A DNA stretch of 63,037 bases, the filler included, from Octopus bimaculoides (lineage: Eukaryota): NCBI RefSeq assembly GCF_001194135.2. It is 8 parts of 8 records of this genome, joined end to end, with 100 filler letters (N's around TTAATTAATTAA, not from the genome) between each part and the next. Parts side by side here need not be neighbours in the genome. Positions count along the whole stretch, not along the records: positions 1 to 19,885 come from NC_068994.1; 7 more parts are not named here. One strand, 5' to 3'. Positions 1-13,827 of this stretch are shown here, piece after piece. How positions within the stretch are numbered: position 1 is the stretch's first letter; every line of letters starts with the position of its first letter. The translations under genes were made by a program, and so were the position numbers. The notes below the pieces were generated by a model that was not told the origin of the DNA, did not search any database, and saw only the letters and a program-made list of their open reading frames with translations.

Positions 1-50
<50 letters not shown>
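1..50. repeat. (TG)n microsatellite
   Basis: Direct dinucleotide run at the window start. Many similar (TA)n, (CA)n, (TC)n and (TATC)n runs occur throughout, usually at gap edges. Confidence 0.95.
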
Positions 51-52
51 TA

Positions 53-162
53 AACATTCTCAACCGCATATACTTAACGTACATGCTTTGTACATTTGCT
101 TGTAGGCGAAATCACTGGTTGCTGGCAAATGTGTACGTTAAATATATGTGGTTGATAATGTT
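53..162. repeat. Short inverted repeat / MITE-like hairpin
   Basis: Arm 53-83 AACATTCTCAACCGCATATACTTAACGTACA matches the reverse complement of 132-162 at 28 of 31 positions. Confidence 0.6.
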
Positions 163-613
163 ATTACACTAGCGCTGCTTCTATTCCATATTTGGTATTA
201 CGACGATTCTGATGTTTGATCAATTTGGCAATCTGCTCAGTGAGTTAGATGACGTTGTGATAATGAACTAAACCTTATCTCTCCTAAATCTCTCGCCAAG
301 CAATATATCCATATAACTGCCCATTATATTGCAATGTATGTTACCAAACAGCATTTGGAATAATAATGCGTAGATTTTGCAGACCCTTGCTATAGTAAGT
401 GGTGATAGGATCATAACTTAGTTGAAAGTTTGAAATCAGTTAATACTAGGGAATTACCCTAAACGCTTTCCCAATTCTTTTGGATTATCCGAGTTAGTAA
501 TATTATCCTTAATATTATAGAGGATGGTTAATGCATAACACATACTGAAGTATAACTGAAGAATATTTTATTTCGTCTCTATGAATCAAAACTTTTCGAC
601 AACTGATCAATTG

Positions 614-660
<47 letters not shown>

Positions 661-1080
661 GGTAGTGGGTAGGGATTTTCTTCACTACTTCAGGGAGTGA
701 CGACCCTGCCTGACAAGTGTGCCGTGCTCAGCTGGCTCCGGCTGACAGTACCCGGTATGGGCCCCTATCCAGGGTTACGGAAAGGAGACAACCTTCAAAG
801 AAATCCGGAGTGGAGCCCCGTAGGCGGTTTAGTGTTCGACTCGATACTCTTCCGGCAGCTCCTGCAACCAAGCTGGTGTCAAACGTAATGCTCTGCACTC
901 CTTTGGACTACGTCAGCATGGTCGAGAGAGGAATCTTGACGATTGGCCAACGCAGGGGTTCCTTACATCTAGCCCACGCCTGCGCAAAACTGGAGAGGAC
1001 ATGAAATGTTAAAACCAGACTGGATTAGTTTATGCGCAACACCATTGTCTCCCGAGACAAAAGGATGCCAACAACAACAA
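661..1080 (+). mobile_element. Non-autonomous RTE-related retroposon (RTE 5'UTR-like body plus (CAA)n tail)
   Basis: GC-rich island. AAATCCGGAGTGGAGCCCC...CAGCTCCTGCAACCAAGCTGGTGTCAAAC...TCCTTTGGA resembles RTE-clade 5'UTRs as I recall them. It ends in GGATGCC(AAC)n, typical of RTE tails, and has no RT ORF. Confidence 0.55.
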
Positions 1081-2200
1081 TATATATACACATATATGTA
1101 TCTATGTGAATGGATATTACATATTCGTTTAGTTTTTCTTTCCAACTGAATTATCATCTATCCCCTTAAGATTTAAAACACAAAATGTTTACACACGGCA
1201 GCTTAATTTAATTCCTCCTTAGTCGAAAGACACCTGTTGTTATGTCCTGTTTTTTGTATTTGTGTAATATTCTCCGTTTTTTTCCGTCCTTGTTTTCGTA
1301 TATATTCGCTGCTTTCTTCCAAGGAATCTAATGGTGTTAGCTTAGTTTTTCCTTGGGGCTGGCCTGAGTGCAGCAATTTGGAGTATAACCAACCCAAATT
1401 GCAAAGATAATCTGGAACTCGACTTAGGTAAGTATACTCCGAATGACCCGTCCTTGTTTTCTTTGTATCGTCTATCTGGATGTTTTGTTGGTACATACAT
1501 ACATGAATAACACCATTCAGACTATGTCCTGATTCAGATTATAATTTTGTGTCTTAAATTTAGTCCGTTCCTAATCTGTAATATTAGGGAAGGGAAACTT
1601 TCTGTGCTATTGCTAGATAATATAACTTTAATACGTACCCAATAGGTTTTTTAAATGCTTCAGCAATCAAAGCGATATATATATATATNNNNNNNNNNNN
1701 NNNNNNNNNNNNNNNNNNNNNNNNNNNNNNNNNNNNNNNNNNNNNNNNNNNNNNNNNNNNNNNNNNNNNNNNNNNNNNNNNNNNNNNNNNNNNNNNNNNN
1801 NNNNNNNNNNNNNNNNNNNNNNNNNNNNNNNNNNNNNNNNNNNNNNNNNNNNNNNNNNNNNNNNNNNNNNNNNNNNNNNNNNNNNNNNNNNNNNNNNNNN
1901 NNNNNNNNNNNNNNNNNNNNNNNNNNNNNNNNNNNNNNNNNNNNNNNNNNNNNNNNNNNNNNNNNNNNNNNNNNNNNNNNNNNNNNNNNNNNNNNNNNNN
2001 NNNNNNNNNNNNNNNNNNNNNNNNNNNNNNNNNNNNNNNNNNNNNNNNNNNNNNNNNNNNNNNNNNNNNNNNNNNNNNNNNNNNNNNNNNNNNNNNNNNN
2101 NNNNNNNNNNNNNNNNNNNNNNNNNNNNNNNNNNNNNNNNNNNNNNNNNTGTGTGTGTGTGTATATATGTATATATATATATGCGTATATAGATACATAT

Positions 2201-2231
<31 letters not shown>

Positions 2232-2298
2232 CATGTATATATATATTTGTATATATATATATATATATGTATGTATACATATTTATATGTATATATAC

Positions 2299-2337
<39 letters not shown>

Positions 2338-2633
2338 AGGCTGTCTGTAATTTTTTTATTAATTGCGGTGATTAAAACTGAATACACAAGTTACACAAAG
2401 AATTCAACAGAACATAAAAGCAAAAAAAAAGAAAAGCATATATATTCAGATGAAGAGGACACGTCACGGATCTTCCAGGCTAGCAGCTCTCTCTTCCTCT
2501 CTCCCTCTCTCTCCCTCTCTCACTTTCCCTCTCTTTCTCTCTCAATATATATATATATAAATATGTGTGTGTGTGTGTGTGTATACTATCTGAATTTTAC
2601 AACTTTATATTAACATATCTCTGTCTGTGTGTG

Positions 2634-2666
<33 letters not shown>

Positions 2667-2667
2667 G

Positions 2668-2724
<57 letters not shown>

Positions 2725-2782
2725 ATACACAGAGAGAGATACATATATGTTATATATATATACAACTGTATTAAAATATATG

Positions 2783-2990
2783 TACAGGGTGTTCAAAAAG
2801 TCTCTCCGCAGCGAATTTGTTTTCATCTTGCGCATCACCATCGTGCTACGTGAAGAGGCTTTGGTGAACGGATTATTTCGAAGGGACTTTGGCCATCAAG
2901 ATGACCTGATTTAACATCGCCAGACATTTTTTTTTTCTGGGGAGGAAGTAAAAGATCAGTGAAACAAGAATCGCCCGAGAAACCGTTAAA
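2783..2990 (+). mobile_element. Tc1/mariner remnant: terminus joined to a catalytic-domain fragment
   Basis: TA-CAGGGTGTTCAAAAAG terminus. Degenerate WPSR*PDLTSPDIFF.WG..KDQ from about 2889 matches the WPxRSPDLTPxDFFLWG motif. Confidence 0.65.
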
Positions 2991-3019
2991 TACATACTTC
3001 CGTACTTTCGTAATCGCAA

Positions 3020-3260
3020 TTAGCCTCAACCAACTCTTTCCGAATCCCCTGCCCTGTTCTCCGATTCACACACAAACACTCTGAAATGTTCGTAATGGAA
3101 CTTCCGGCGGGAACGCCAAGCAGTACACCAGGTTGTTTCCTATCGCATTGATTATACCTGTAATACAATAACTTGGCTTTGTCACAAAATGTGTCCCGCA
3201 GCTTCTGCTTGAGAATTAAGAGTGCACCTGTTCGTGAAATAGTCAATCCTTCAGTAAGCA
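3020..3260 (-). mobile_element. Mariner-group (maT/DD37D-like) transposase N-terminal HTH fragment
   Basis: ORF 2986..3246 contains AGSSITNISECLCVNRRTGQGIRKELVEANCDYES, resembling the HTH of maT-like transposases. Confidence 0.5.
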
Positions 3261-4126
3261 GTTAATCTTATTCATAGAACAACTGTTTCCTCAATGTCGA
3301 AACCATTGGCGATGCTATTATTAATATAATAGTAAAAAGATTATAAAAACAAAAATGAGCGAGTAACTAAAAGTTGTATCCAGATTTGATTCTTGTTTAA
3401 AATATGTTCATTTTTGTTATACAGCATGTGGTCTTCCATTACAATTTTCTACATTTTCGGTAAAATATAGCAAATAAGTATAAAAATGAATAAGATTTAT
3501 ATGAAAAAAAGCACTCATCTTTACGAAAGTAGGAGATACAAATATTCATCAAAAAGAAAAAAAAAAGAAGTTGTAAGGTTGATGGCGTCATTATTCCAAT
3601 TTATTCTTACCCGAAAATTTCAGTATTAAATATTTAGCAATAGATGTTGGAAACTTGCAGAATAACTTCCATACTGCTGTGAGAAAGCATCGATAACATT
3701 GATTGATAGAGCGTGTTGCGTTGGATATTTCAAAATTTTCGATGGAGACACGTAGACATTTACTGTCCATTATCTCTGAAGGCAGATAGCAAAATATGCA
3801 AATTATAGATTTCCGGGCAAACGGTAAAACGTACGTGGTTTAGTGATTCGTATTTAGTTCATTCTCACAAGGTTTTCAGACAAATAATATCGAAAGATTT
3901 AATGTGCTTTCCAGAAGTTCTTGCCTTTGAATGCTTATAGAAACAGCATTTGCTTCTCCATGAGAATGTATTGTTTATATCACAACATAGAAAGAGTTAT
4001 TAACTCTTTCTGCTTGACATAAGTAAAGTGACATTTAAGCCCATATCGTTGATGAGATCAGGTAGCCGAATACAGTGGACGGGCTTTAAATGATATACTA
4101 CAAGCTGTATACCCAAATTCCAAATC

Positions 4127-4182
<56 letters not shown>

Positions 4183-5424
4183 TCGTGTGTGTGATTAGTA
4201 AATCCAAAAGCGACGTACGGAATCAAATATTCTTTCACTGTCACTTACTAACAATAACAAATAATACACCGGACGCCATTATCATTAATTCGTATGACAT
4301 AAAAGTGCAGTCGTGCACTGAAGCTATTTTCACAATGGTTTCCCGAGTTGCTGCTTTACGCAATAAAAAACCCGCCTCTAATACATTTAATGTATTTTTA
4401 TTGCATTTGCGAGAGATTTAAACATTTGCAATAAACATTACTGATTAGATTTCCCTGCATTTCGTATTCTGTTTGAATTCACATTTAAAATGAATTATCA
4501 AGTATGTAACCTAAGTTCGTTAAGTTCAGTGAAAATATTTCATGTAAAACCCAGCAGGCTGTATATTTCATGCGAAATAAATTCCTTTGCTTAAGTAATG
4601 TTTGAAGTATTCTGTTATTTATGAGGATCCAACGGCAGTTACACGTGAAAATAAGCTTGCCTACATCACTACACCGGAACTTTTTTTATTGTTCTCACTC
4701 TCGGTGTTTTTTTTATTTTTGGAATGGTTACACGAATAAAAAAACAAACACACACACACGAGTACAAAGACACACATGCATAACATATATATGTGTATGC
4801 GTTTGTGAGCGTGTGTGTGTATTTGTAACTGCGTGTGTGTATGTCTGTGAGTGTGTGTGTGTTTGAGTTAGAGCGTGTGTGTTTGTGTGTGCCCGTGTGG
4901 TTTTATATAGGAATGTGTATATACATAGATATGTATGCATTTATCACTAGAACTAACTACATGTAAGCAAGTGTAAATAAATTTAAAGAAAAATGTGCCT
5001 ATATCTACCTCTCTCCTCTCTCGCTTCTCTCGCTATTCTCTCTCTATTCTCTCTCCCCCCCTCTCTCTCTCTCTAAACATGTGTTTACATGTGCCTTTGT
5101 ATGTGTGTGTGTGTGTGTGTGCGCGGCAAAGATATTGATATATATATGATAGATGCATATATATGTATATATATATATATATATANNNNNNNNNNNNNNN
5201 NNNNNNNNNNNNNNNNNNNNNNNNNNNNNNNNNNNNNNNNNNNNNNNNNNNNNNNNNNNNNNNNNNNNNNNNNNNNNNNNNNNNNNNNNNNNNNNNNNNN
5301 NNNNNNNNNNNNNNNNNNNNNNNNNNNNNNNNNNNNNNNNNNNNNNNNNNNNNNNNNNNNNNNNNNNNNNNNNNNNNNNNNNNNNNNNNNNNNNNNNNNN
5401 NNNNNNNNNNNNNNNNNNNNNNNN

Positions 5425-5459
<35 letters not shown>

Positions 5460-6568
5460 GTGGGTGTGTGTGTGTGTGTATCTGTCCGTGTGTCTGTGTG
5501 TATGTATGTATGTATATAGTCATACATGTATACATATATACATAAAAAGAGAGGCGAATAAGTAAAAGAGAGAGGATTTAAAAACAGAACAAGCGGGAGA
5601 AATGTCATCGTGCTGGGGTAGGAAAGGTTATTTTGAAAAGTAATGCCATTTCGAAATACATAAATCTCGACGTACATCACAGAATACTTAAAGAACGAAA
5701 TATCGTTATTGCGAAAAAAAAATACGGCATCAGGAAGTATATATAAAATATTATCAGCGAATCTAATAAGCATAGGTTAAATGTAAAGATGTGCCTGGCA
5801 ACCAAAATCAAATTTAAACACATTGAAAAGGAGCTGCAATAAGTACACTAACCCCCAAAACAAGTACTTACATATAAATGCATCGTGATAGAGCGAGGCT
5901 ACAAAAGCTTCATTGACCTCATTGATAATCCTGTTACAATAACAGAATTTATTGTATGCCGAGGTCAGTTGACAACTACAATAGTCACACTCTACGAAAT
6001 CTTCGTAAGTGCCCGACTTGTCTCGGACACCATGGCGTTGATGCGCCTCTTTCCGATGACATCCAGAAACGGCTTTCGACGAAGATCACATCAAAAAAGG
6101 AGGGTGAATCATGCTTCTCCTGGATTCACCAAGCAGGACATGAATCTGATGTTCTTTTTCCCCCACGAATCTGATTGAAATTTCTCCCAAATTCACAACT
6201 TGTTTCTATCCCTAATCCGCCTTTTGGAATAATAATCGATTTGCTAGAGGAATTCGGTTCCCCTGAAAACATCTTATCCCTATGAATGTGTTTTATTCAT
6301 TTAGCCTCGAATAATATGTGCAAACAAGTAGCTTTTCCTTCTCTTCTGAAAATGGCCGCAAAAGATCAGCATCATTTGAAGTCGTTGGCGGAAACTCGGC
6401 CTATTTGGTTTGTGTTTATAGGTACTAACTCTGCGTCTCTTCATTTTCTCGGTCAAGTTTGAATATGGCATGTTGATGCAGTTATACATACACGCACTCT
6501 TACATACACACACACTCTTACGTACACATTAGACATTCATTAAGTTTTTTTATTGTATTTCTTTTGTT

Positions 6569-6790
6569 AGGCGGCGAGCTAGCAAAATCATTAATACATC
6601 GGACAAAACGCTTAACCTCATTTCATGCGTCTTTGCTTTTAGAGTTCGTAAAACATAACGTCGGCTTTGACATTTTGCTTTCGAGATCAATAAGATAAAT
6701 ACGCATTGAGCACTGGAAGCAGTGAAATCGACTTCACTCCTCCTATTAAATTACTGGTCTAGTGCGAAAAATTCAAACCATGATATTTTC
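6569..6790 (+). mobile_element. SINE family B (tRNA-like head, Nin/Deu-like core), diverged copy
   Basis: AGGCGGCGAGCTAGCAAAATC start, homologous to the copies at 47959, 48672(-), 53270 and 29712. Confidence 0.7.
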
Positions 6791-6849
6791 CTTTTGTAAA
6801 TATATTTTACGCGACGAGTAACCCCTTAAAAAATTGCTATCTTCACTCC

Positions 6850-6955
6850 CTTTCAATCTCTCTATCTCTCTATCACTTCTATCTTTCTCTCTCTCTGTTA
6901 CTCCTATCTTTCTCTCTCTCTCTATCACTCCTATCTTTCTCTCTCATTCTATCAT
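6850..6955. repeat. Imperfect tandem of about 28 bp (TCTCTCTATCACTCCTATCTTTCTCTC) in a TC-rich tract
   Basis: Three recognisable copies. Confidence 0.6.
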
Positions 6956-9900
6956 TTATTGTAACATTATATTCTTTCTAAACACATGACCATCTTTCAA
7001 TTTCTATTACTTTCACTTTTACATATCCCTCTTGATTTTTACCTTTTGTGATCTCTTTCTTATTTTACATCAGGTAACTCATTTGCTGTTCCACTTTGCT
7101 CTCCATTATTTATTACATAATCATCTGTTTTCAATGAGCAAATAATAAATTGATAACTAGTAATGATATTCTTCCAATATTTAGCTTTTCTTTTTAAATG
7201 TTGTTTTGCCCTAAATAATCCATGATTGAACACACAGAAGTCATCAAATACGTTTCATTCTCTATAATCACGTCATTCTCGGAGGAATTTCATGTCTGGC
7301 ATTACATCATCCCATCAATCTTTCTTTCTCAAGACTGCGACAGTCTAAGAACACTTCATGGTGAATTGGAAGCAAATGTGAAAAGAATATTTCAAAGCTG
7401 GATATCCTTAGTTACTCACTTAGCACATCCACCAATCGTAAACTGATATTAATATTAATGGCTCAATTAGGAGAGAGGGGTAATCAGAATACATTATTTG
7501 CTTACGGACATGTAAGCTTTTATATCAAATATCGCTCTGAAATATTCCGAGTTGAGAAAACATAACGATCCAACCGGGGAAGATGCCCTGTTTTACTTTG
7601 TGTTGCGTGATGGTGTATGTATGTATGTGTGTATGTGTGGTGGGGGGTGTATATATGCTGAAATGATATACGGCTTGCCTTAAGAACTTTTAGACTTGGC
7701 GATTCCCATCCACCTCCTGCTCTGAGCAGAATGGATTTCTTTCAGCAAATACAAGCAGAAATACAGAGAGATGAAAGAAACGAGAGAGAGAGAGAGGGAG
7801 AGAGAGAGAGAGAGAGAGAAGGGAAAAGGAGAGAGGGAGAGACAGAAATAATGAGAAATAAGGAAGTAAAGGTGAGAGAAGGAGAGACAAAAAAATCAAC
7901 CTCAATATAGTGCAGGTATTGTATGTCTTGACTCCAAAAAAAAAAAAAAAAGATGAAAAATTGATTTCGGAAATGTTACAACCCCGAGTGAACTTTTATC
8001 ACTCATTTTCAATATTTTGACAATGTAAAAAATCAATATGATTGCCTCAAATGGGGANNNNNNNNNNNNNNNNNNNNNNNNNNNNNNNNNNNNNNNNNNN
8101 NNNNNNGGGGTGGGTGGGGTTTCGATAAAACAACGTACAAGTTTTTATTAACGTTTTTACTCTCCTGCAAAGTTTTTGGCCTTGTACCAATATCGGAGAT
8201 CAATTACGATAGCTGAATTATTAGGGTTAAATTATTTGTATATTCCCAACCCACAAAATTATGTAGACTTGTCTCAATGCCAGAAATCATTTTTTCTATT
8301 TTTTTCATATATTTTTCCAGCTACTTAATGCCTGTTACATTTCCACTTCAATTTTTAAACAAAAATTTTACTGTCATCACCGTCATGATGTAGAACGGTG
8401 TTGTAGCAATTTGGCTTCATGCTGTGAATTTAAGGAAAAGGCAAAAGGCACTACAAACATGTATAGCAAAAGAACATCAATCGAACGAAGAAAAGGAAAA
8501 CAAAATTTTCAAAACTATGAGTTACTGATTTTAAAAAAACAACAAGAGAAAACATTAAAACAAAGCGAAACATAATATAATTGAAAATGAATTGCTATGA
8601 AGTCAATTAGATACAAACCTATAATTATTTTTTTTTACAATGTTAAGATAATTAAAGGAAAGTACAAGCTATTTCAATTTTTTTCAAGTTTATTTTATGG
8701 TCAGAGTGCAAAAACCCAAGCGCCCGTAACGCTAGATTTTTTTTTCCTCACATCATATTTAATATGTCTGTAATTATCGTTGTTCTTTCTCTTTCTGTTG
8801 CCTGTTTTGCTGACGTAGATCACTTCTCTGCTGTCTCTATCCTGGTGGGTAACGTTATTTAATGCCTAATAGATGAAACGAATATTAAAAGCAAAATTAA
8901 CAAACTATAAACGCTTGTACCACACGGAATTCGACAATTTATAAAAAAATTCTCTCGTCTTATAGTCTCTTTAGAATTTTATTTTTGATCTACTTTATGA
9001 AAATGTTCTAAAAGTGTAATAGCATAATATTAGACAAACACAGCAGGTCCATATTTTTAGTAGATGTGGAAAAATATGTACGTTAATGCCCATTCTATTC
9101 CTGTGAGTATTTTTGACCTTTATGTATGTCATAGCGTCAACAGGCAATTGAGGCTTTTCATGCACATCGGCTCTCCATCACCCTAAAGAATGACTTGATT
9201 AAATTCTCTAGTAAACCTAAGTCAGATAATATACTTTTATAATAATCATGTAGACCATATATTGCTGAGGAGGGGAAAGTGGAAGTGCATATGTCTAACT
9301 CAATGCATTGCAAGTATGATGATGAAAGTTCATTCGAAAAGATCGGTGTTTCGCTTTTCTGGTTCATATTTACATTCCTTACAACTATGCATTGGCAAAG
9401 GAAACAGGAGACAAACGAGCTACTGAATGTGAAGGGAATAATTTCAAATGAGATTATGTCAGAATAACAAAGTAATGAAACGGTATGGTAGAAAGATGGT
9501 TTTTCATGTCGAGTATCTGTCTGGGAAACAACGAGAGCAGCTGTTAACTACGCTTTCCGAAGGTCAAGGAAAATTGACATTCTGTGACATCTCCTATAGG
9601 AAACACACATCTGCCTCAAAGCGATCAACATCAGAGAGTGCAGTAGCAAATTGAAAGCATTCAAATTGGAAAGACGCAGTCCTTTCAAGAAAGGAGCAGC
9701 TGGACGATGACAAATCAAATCAATTTGTTTCTGAATATTCTTTAATTTTCTTTACATTTTCTCGATTTAAACTAATTAGAAATAGTGGTGGAAAATATTG
9801 AATTTCGTCATTTGTCCTCTGAACTGCTGCTTGCATTGAAATTTCCCCTCTAAAAAGCAATTTTCTAGATTAATAAAACCTTTACCAAAATTTGGTTTAC

Positions 9901-10019
9901 CTTACGTAACAACAAAGAGAAAAACTGTCAGCATTATAGCATATTCGTTTATGAGTCATGGCAAGCAAAAAGTGGAACAGCCTCTGCAAATGCCAATTTT
10001 GTCACCTCTCATAAGCCGC

Positions 10020-10700
10020 AACAGAAGAATTCCTTCTTATCAGAACTAAGATCGCACAAATTTCCCTATCGTCGTCACTCGAACACAACGGTAACACACT
10101 CATACCATTATACTGATGATATAGCTGTCTTTGCAGGCACCATCGTACAATCTAACACTCTACCATATGACGTTGAAAATGTAGCAGAAGATATTTTCCT
10201 TCGTGTCAATGCAATAATGACTGGATACACTTTTTTCAATGGGAAGAGTTCAGTCACAAAATCGTCTGAAATTTGTTGACACCGCCGTATGTTTAGAAAG
10301 TAAAATGGTACCCAGTTGAAAAGTATATAAAACGCCAACTCACATAAGCATGGGATGCGATTGATAACGTGTTTACTTCCTGAACGCCTTCGCATGAGTC
10401 TTATTTGCATATAACGATCCGTTGTGAGTGGCTTCTAGAAAAAGCGTATGGGATAAAAAGGAGCGAAAGGCTGTTTCATTAAAACCATTTATATCATTAG
10501 AGACAGAGGCATCCATCCATTTCTCTGGTGTTGCTGAAGGCTAAGCAAAAGATTACTAATTAATATGAAACTCCTTAGGACATTTCGCAATACTGACACA
10601 TACGGATACAGCCTTACAGCAAAAACTATATTTATCAACCGGCTTTATATGATCACGGGATGTTTCACGAGAGCTATAGCGTTTTATGATGCTCGTATCT
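10020..10700 (+). mobile_element. Degenerate RTE-type LINE reverse transcriptase fragment
   Basis: Reads HYTDDIAVFAGT (YADD motif) followed by a decayed downstream RT region with multiple stops and frameshifts. Confidence 0.55.
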
Positions 10701-11119
10701 GACGAACACAGGAAACACAACCGAATGATACATAGTATAGTGCACGGATAGTAACATTATTCTATCTATGTAAGCTCAATGGATACCTTGTTGATTAAAT
10801 AACATATCTTTACATTTTGCTCTTATTTCTTCAAAGATGTTTGCCGCCCTTAACATTACTGTATGAACAGCTGAAATCAGTTCTATGACCATAATATCTG
10901 TATATTTCCTTGATTATATCAGGAAGTGCAATTAGGTCAAGAATTCTTCCAAGCAAGTTTGTCGCAAATTTGAACTTGAGGTTAGACAGAATGATTAAAT
11001 TATATTTAGATTCTCCAGCAAGCAATATCCATTCTACTTTTGATAAGAGAAACCATGAAAGTAAAATTATTCAATTATATTCAGATCAGATGATTTCAGA
11101 TATTGCAACGTATCTATAG

Positions 11120-11330
11120 TTGACCTCATATTCCTTTTAAAATCATTCTTTTGTGTATGACAACAATTTTGATCCTCTAAAACAATATTTTCGGTTTTAC
11201 ATTGAACTCCATATTCTTTGAAGAATTATATATTCATCACTAACCAACAACCCTCAAGTAGAGTTGGTACAGAAACGATTGTAACGAATCATTAAAGATG
11301 TGTTAAAGAATTTCTTTGTCCTCTTATTAT
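11120..11330 (+). mobile_element. Possible highly decayed LTR-retrotransposon integrase fragment
   Basis: Weak resemblance: ..YDN..F...YSSLTNNPQ...*RIIKDVLK versus the SDNG..F...PYHPQSNG..ER.NRTIK motif. Confidence 0.25.
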
Positions 11331-12640
11331 TTAGATTATATATATATATAGGGTATCTCATAACGATGGAAAATTTACTCGCAAGTAACGTGTACTCCGA
11401 CAATCATGTACAAGTATCTACGTTTCGATTTTTACGAATGAAACGCGAATCGCTATTATGAAACATTATTATGAAACAATATTTATATAAATGCAAAACA
11501 GATAAGATAACAGAGGACTGAAAGATTGAAATCTCCGATCAAAAAATAGTTCTTGTGAAGGAAAAAAAGTGTTAAAGCAGACTTTCCATTGAATATATTT
11601 TGTATGATTATTTTATGTAAAAACCACCATGTTTTTTTTTTAGCTTTCAAAAACCGAAACTGCAAAACAATATATCAAAAACAAGAAATGGAAGATTATC
11701 GCTGGCTTCATAGAATATATTCATGAAGCATTACATATTTAACAGCTACATGACACTGAGATCCAAATTACAACATTAATAAACAGGTTGAATATCAACG
11801 TATTTCAAGGGAAATATTAAAATATATTCGTGTTTATACAGAGTCCATAGTAATTCATGCGTTGCGTAAAAGTAGTGTTACTTGAATCGAAGTTCTTTTT
11901 GAAAGTGTGTAATTCAAACGAATAAATGGTGAAATAAAAAAAAAGAGAGAGAAAAAAAAGAAATAACATACGTGTTTTATGAAATGGTAAAAGATAGTTT
12001 CCGACCAAAGTTTTCAACTTATCGTGTCTGCAAAGGGTCCATTTGTTTTTCAAAGTTGATTCTGGTCTCTGCAATGTATGGAGGCAAAAAGAAACGGTTT
12101 TTGTTTTTTTCTTCCTATTTTATATCTAAAATTACTCACTGAAATCATGTCTTATTCGTTTAAATAAAAAAAAAAACCTAGCAACGGAACATTATTTAAA
12201 AGGAGTCTGTGGAGTGAAATGATCGCTCTCACGGCATTGCACATATTGACGTACTGAATACACGCAAACATACGCACACATATATGTATGTGTGCATGTG
12301 CGTGTTTGTGTGTGTCTGTGTGCGAGACGGGAGAGGTGTATACGTACACACTCACACGCAGAGATACACAAGCAAAAACACACACGTACACATATTTTTG
12401 TTTAAGCACTTTATTTCCATAGTACGTGGATGGACTTCAGCTATCTCCCGAACTGTTACGAATAGCAACCAATTCATTTTCTTTTTCTTTTCAAATTTCA
12501 TACTTCGTTTTTGAATTACGAAAACGGATTGCGAAATATGGCCATTTACATAGAATAGAACCTGGCACACGCGCATAAAAACATACATATACATACGTAT
12601 ATATAAGCACACACACGCACACATGTATATATGCATGTCT

Positions 12641-12775
12641 GAGTGGTAAGAAGCTTGCTTCCCAACCACATGGTTCCGGGTTCACTTGGGAAGCGTCTTC
12701 TACTATAGCCTCGGGCCAACCAAAGCCTTGTGAGTGGATTTGGCAGACAGAAACTGAAAGAAGTCCGTTCTGTAT
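12641..12775 (+). mobile_element. SINE family A, 5' part
   Basis: CCAACCACATGGTTCCGGGTTCA...GCCTTGTGAGTGGATTTGGCAGACAGAAACTGAAAGAAG matches the full copy at 45714. Confidence 0.85.
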
Positions 12776-13752
12776 ATATATAATATGTATATATATTGGA
12801 GAGAAAAGATATGTTCATTTATATCCTGTGTTTAAGTGGCTACGTTGTCGATAAGATAAATACACGTGAAATACTATGGAAGATGTAATCTGTTATCCAC
12901 TACCATTAAAAGATACAGTCTCATCTCTATATTAGAAATTACTATAATGTTCTGTCAAAGGAGGTTGATGGCAGGATCAATACATTTGCAGAATAATGTA
13001 AGTGCCTTGTAGTGTTTAATAAAACCCGTATATATTCTCATTTAATAGCTGGCAAAGGAACACTGAAATCTGATCGGAGTTTCCTTCCTCTAATTATGTA
13101 GTTTAACTTGAGAAATTACGAAATTGTTAATATATCAAAATCAACGAACTTTAGTTGAGTTAAAATATGTTTGTGACATTTTTGTTTTAGCTCTGACATT
13201 TGCCGCCAGGTACATCTTTTCTTCATCCAACAAATAACGAAATATCGTTAATTAAGAATTTCTTTCTGGGTGGTATTAACAATGTCAGTCTTTAAATTAA
13301 TTACACAGCTCCATGCAAATTGGCCTGTTTGAGTTATTTTTAATTTTGTCTAATAGGTTATCTTTGCTGTAGGCCTACAGTTGTTCAGAGCTGATGTATC
13401 TCGTTGTCCTGAAGAAGAAGAACGATAAGAAAAAGTGAATAAGCATTGAATCTGTGAGAAAGTGTTTACGCATCTGTCGATATTCATGATAAGAAAAAAG
13501 AATTTATGAACTTTAGTGCCTATTGTCAGATAACATCTGAGGTCGGTCAATCACCCGAAATGCGTGCACGAATATTGGAATTTACTAGATTTTCTTTTAA
13601 ATACTGAGACAACTGAGTTCATGCTGAAATATTTCTTTTAACAACCCTTAGCATTATTTTTCTTTTGATTCTTTGACTATAATGTGTATTACAGCTTCAT
13701 GAGATTCTTCCTCAACTGGCCTCTACCTTATACTGCTCTCATTCTCTCTCTT

Positions 13753-13827
<75 letters not shown>

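Noticed and set aside
1584-2350. Long ORFs in the supplied track that span N runs or (TA)/(TG)/(TC) repeats, here and throughout
   Set aside because: They are translations of gaps and microsatellites (YIYI, CVCV, LSLS, HTHT) with no coding signal.
5885-6513. Non-repetitive stretch with a DVIFVESRF hint of the Tc1 VIFSDESRF motif on the minus strand
   Set aside because: It is a single weak motif with no TIR or second catalytic motif found.
9158-9720. Cluster of short ORFs with a faint mariner-like flavour
   Set aside because: No diagnostic motif could be matched, so a profile search is needed.
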